Source: Pseudomonadota bacterium
GTDB taxonomy: Bacteria > Pseudomonadota > Gammaproteobacteria > Steroidobacterales > Steroidobacteraceae
Assembly: GCA_031394735.1 (NCBI GenBank)
Contig: JANMXI010000075.1
Coordinates: forward strand, 435-64,434
DNA length: 64,000 nucleotides
Direction: 5' to 3'
The notes beneath the pieces were generated by a model that saw nothing but the letters and a program-made list of their open reading frames with translations, did no database searches and was not told the DNA's origin. Positions 63,182-64,000 of the stretch are shown in pieces (the first letter of the stretch is position 1; each line of letters begins with the position of its first letter). The position numbers and the translations under genes are program-made.

Positions 63182-63730
63182 TCAAAATGTCGGAGGCGAA
63201 CTGGCGCTAATGATTTCGCATATTTCACGCGTGATGTTGCGGAAGCGATGCGGCATCACGCTGGCAAAATAATAGGCATCGCCCGGCCCCAACGTTCGCG
63301 TTTCCCCGCCCACGGTGAGTTCGATGCTGCCGCGCACGACTACGCCGCCTTCCTCGCCGGCATGCGTGAGCATCTCGGCGCCGGTGTCGGCCTTGGGCGC
63401 ATACCGTTCGTGCAAGATGGCCATGCTGCGCTTGGGCAGACGCGCGCCCACCAGCCGAAGCTCGACCGCGCCGGACCCGATATCCGCCAGATCCTCCGGG
63501 GTGTAGAACACCTGCGGCTTGCCGGCCGGATCGAAGGTGAAAAAATCGGCAAGCGCCATCGGAATGCCGTCGAGCACCTTTTTCAGCGAACTGACGGAAG
63601 GGCTCACCCGGTTCTGTTCGATCAACGAAATCAGACCGTTGGTGACGCCCGAACGCTTCGCCAATTCGCGCTGCGACAGGCCGTACATCTGACGGACGGC
63701 TTTGAGATGCGAGCCTACATCGATATCCAT
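63182..63730 (-). CDS. puuR: HTH-XRE plus cupin transcriptional repressor, PuuR-like
   Basis: LSQRELAKRSGVTNGLISLIEQNRVSPS HTH. The cupin C-terminus ends ..ICEIISASSPPTF (E. coli PuuR ends ..ISAHTPTTF). ATG 63728-63730. Confidence 0.8.
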   Translation of the reverse strand: MDIDVGSHLKAVRQMYGLSQRELAKRSGVTNGLISLIEQNRVSPSVSSLKKVLDGIPMALADFFTFDPAGKPQVFYTPEDLADIGSGAVELRLVGARLPKRSMAILHERYAPKADTGAEMLTHAGEEGGVVVRGSIELTVGGETRTLGPGDAYYFASVMPHRFRNITREICEIISASSPPTF

Positions 63731-63836
63731 AGTGTCGAATATATTAAACGAAATTTTAGCCAAACACGCCCAAATTGAAGCTTGTGTTGATTTTCTTTAT
63801 CATTCGGTAGGTCCGGTCTCCCCTAAAGGAAATTCC

Positions 63837-64000
63837 ATGAGCGCCCAGCCCAACGCCATTCCCGCTGCCCTCGATCTCGATGCGTTTTGGATGCCGTTTA
63901 CAGCCAATCGTCAGTTCAAAGCCAAACCGCGTTTGCTGGCGCGCGCACAGGGTATGCACTACTGGACTGACGACGGCCGCGAAGTCCTGGATGCGGTGGC
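63837..64000 (+). CDS. Omega-amino acid (beta-alanine/putrescine)--pyruvate aminotransferase, 5' part only
   Basis: MSAQPNAIPAALDLDAFWMPFTANRQFKAKPRLLARAQGMHYWTDDGREVLDAV matches the N-terminus of class III aminotransferases of the BauA/omega-TA type. The gene runs off the window. Confidence 0.7.
   Translation, partial: MSAQPNAIPAALDLDAFWMPFTANRQFKAKPRLLARAQGMHYWTDDGREVLDAV

Noticed and set aside
59803-63749. TTAAAC(G/A) hexamer in three polyamine-gene promoter regions (59803-59808 upstream of puuD, 60011-60016, and 63744-63749 between puuR and the aminotransferase) as a possible PuuR operator
   Set aside because: A 6-mer in locally AT-rich DNA is expected by chance. There is no extended dyad symmetry and no match to a PuuR site that I can recall with confidence.

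Overview
High-GC (by eye roughly 63-66% G+C) chromosomal segment with gammaproteobacterial (Pseudomonas/Xanthomonas-like) synteny. It carries about 60 genes, nearly all core housekeeping. These include cysS-gltX, ppiA-lpxH, the conserved purF-cvpA-dedD-folC-accD-truA-fimV-usg-aroC-prmB block, sco-psd-epmA facing efp, a FimX-like degenerate GGDEF-EAL protein, parC-parE, icd-aceK and sthA. A polyamine/agmatine regulon is scattered across the window: aguA; potFGHI-puuA-puuD; puuR-aguB; and an omega-transaminase at the right edge. I saw no rRNA, tRNA, CRISPR array, transposase, integrase or phage genes, and I found no convincing multi-gene novel system such as a defence or secretion island. Five things are not explained by routine annotation. 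(1) A ~525-bp imperfect palindrome at 35546-36070 is built from two inverted ~200-bp copies of a TIR-bounded, MITE/Correia/ERIC-like element between the convergent fimX-like and parC genes. It sits next to a sharp codon-usage break in the last ~60 codons of fimX. This is my best candidate for something undescribed. (2) Gene remnants are unusually dense for a core region. There is a head-to-head junction of a 5'-truncated NSS transporter and an 80-codon Lon C-terminal fragment, a 3' remnant of an M20 amidohydrolase, a 36-codon miaE 5' stub, and two ORFs each broken by a single in-frame stop. (3) A ~1-kb low-GC vapBC islet has a perfect operator-like palindrome. (4) A Hanks-type kinase is fused to a CheY-like N-terminal domain. 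(5) A large DUF4382-type lipoprotein is apparently co-transcribed with a PlpD-like patatin/Omp85 (type Vd) protein. All family calls come from motif recognition by eye, and CDS coordinates follow the supplied ORF track (stop codon included). Starts were moved only where an upstream extension is clearly antisense shadow or a non-ATG start.
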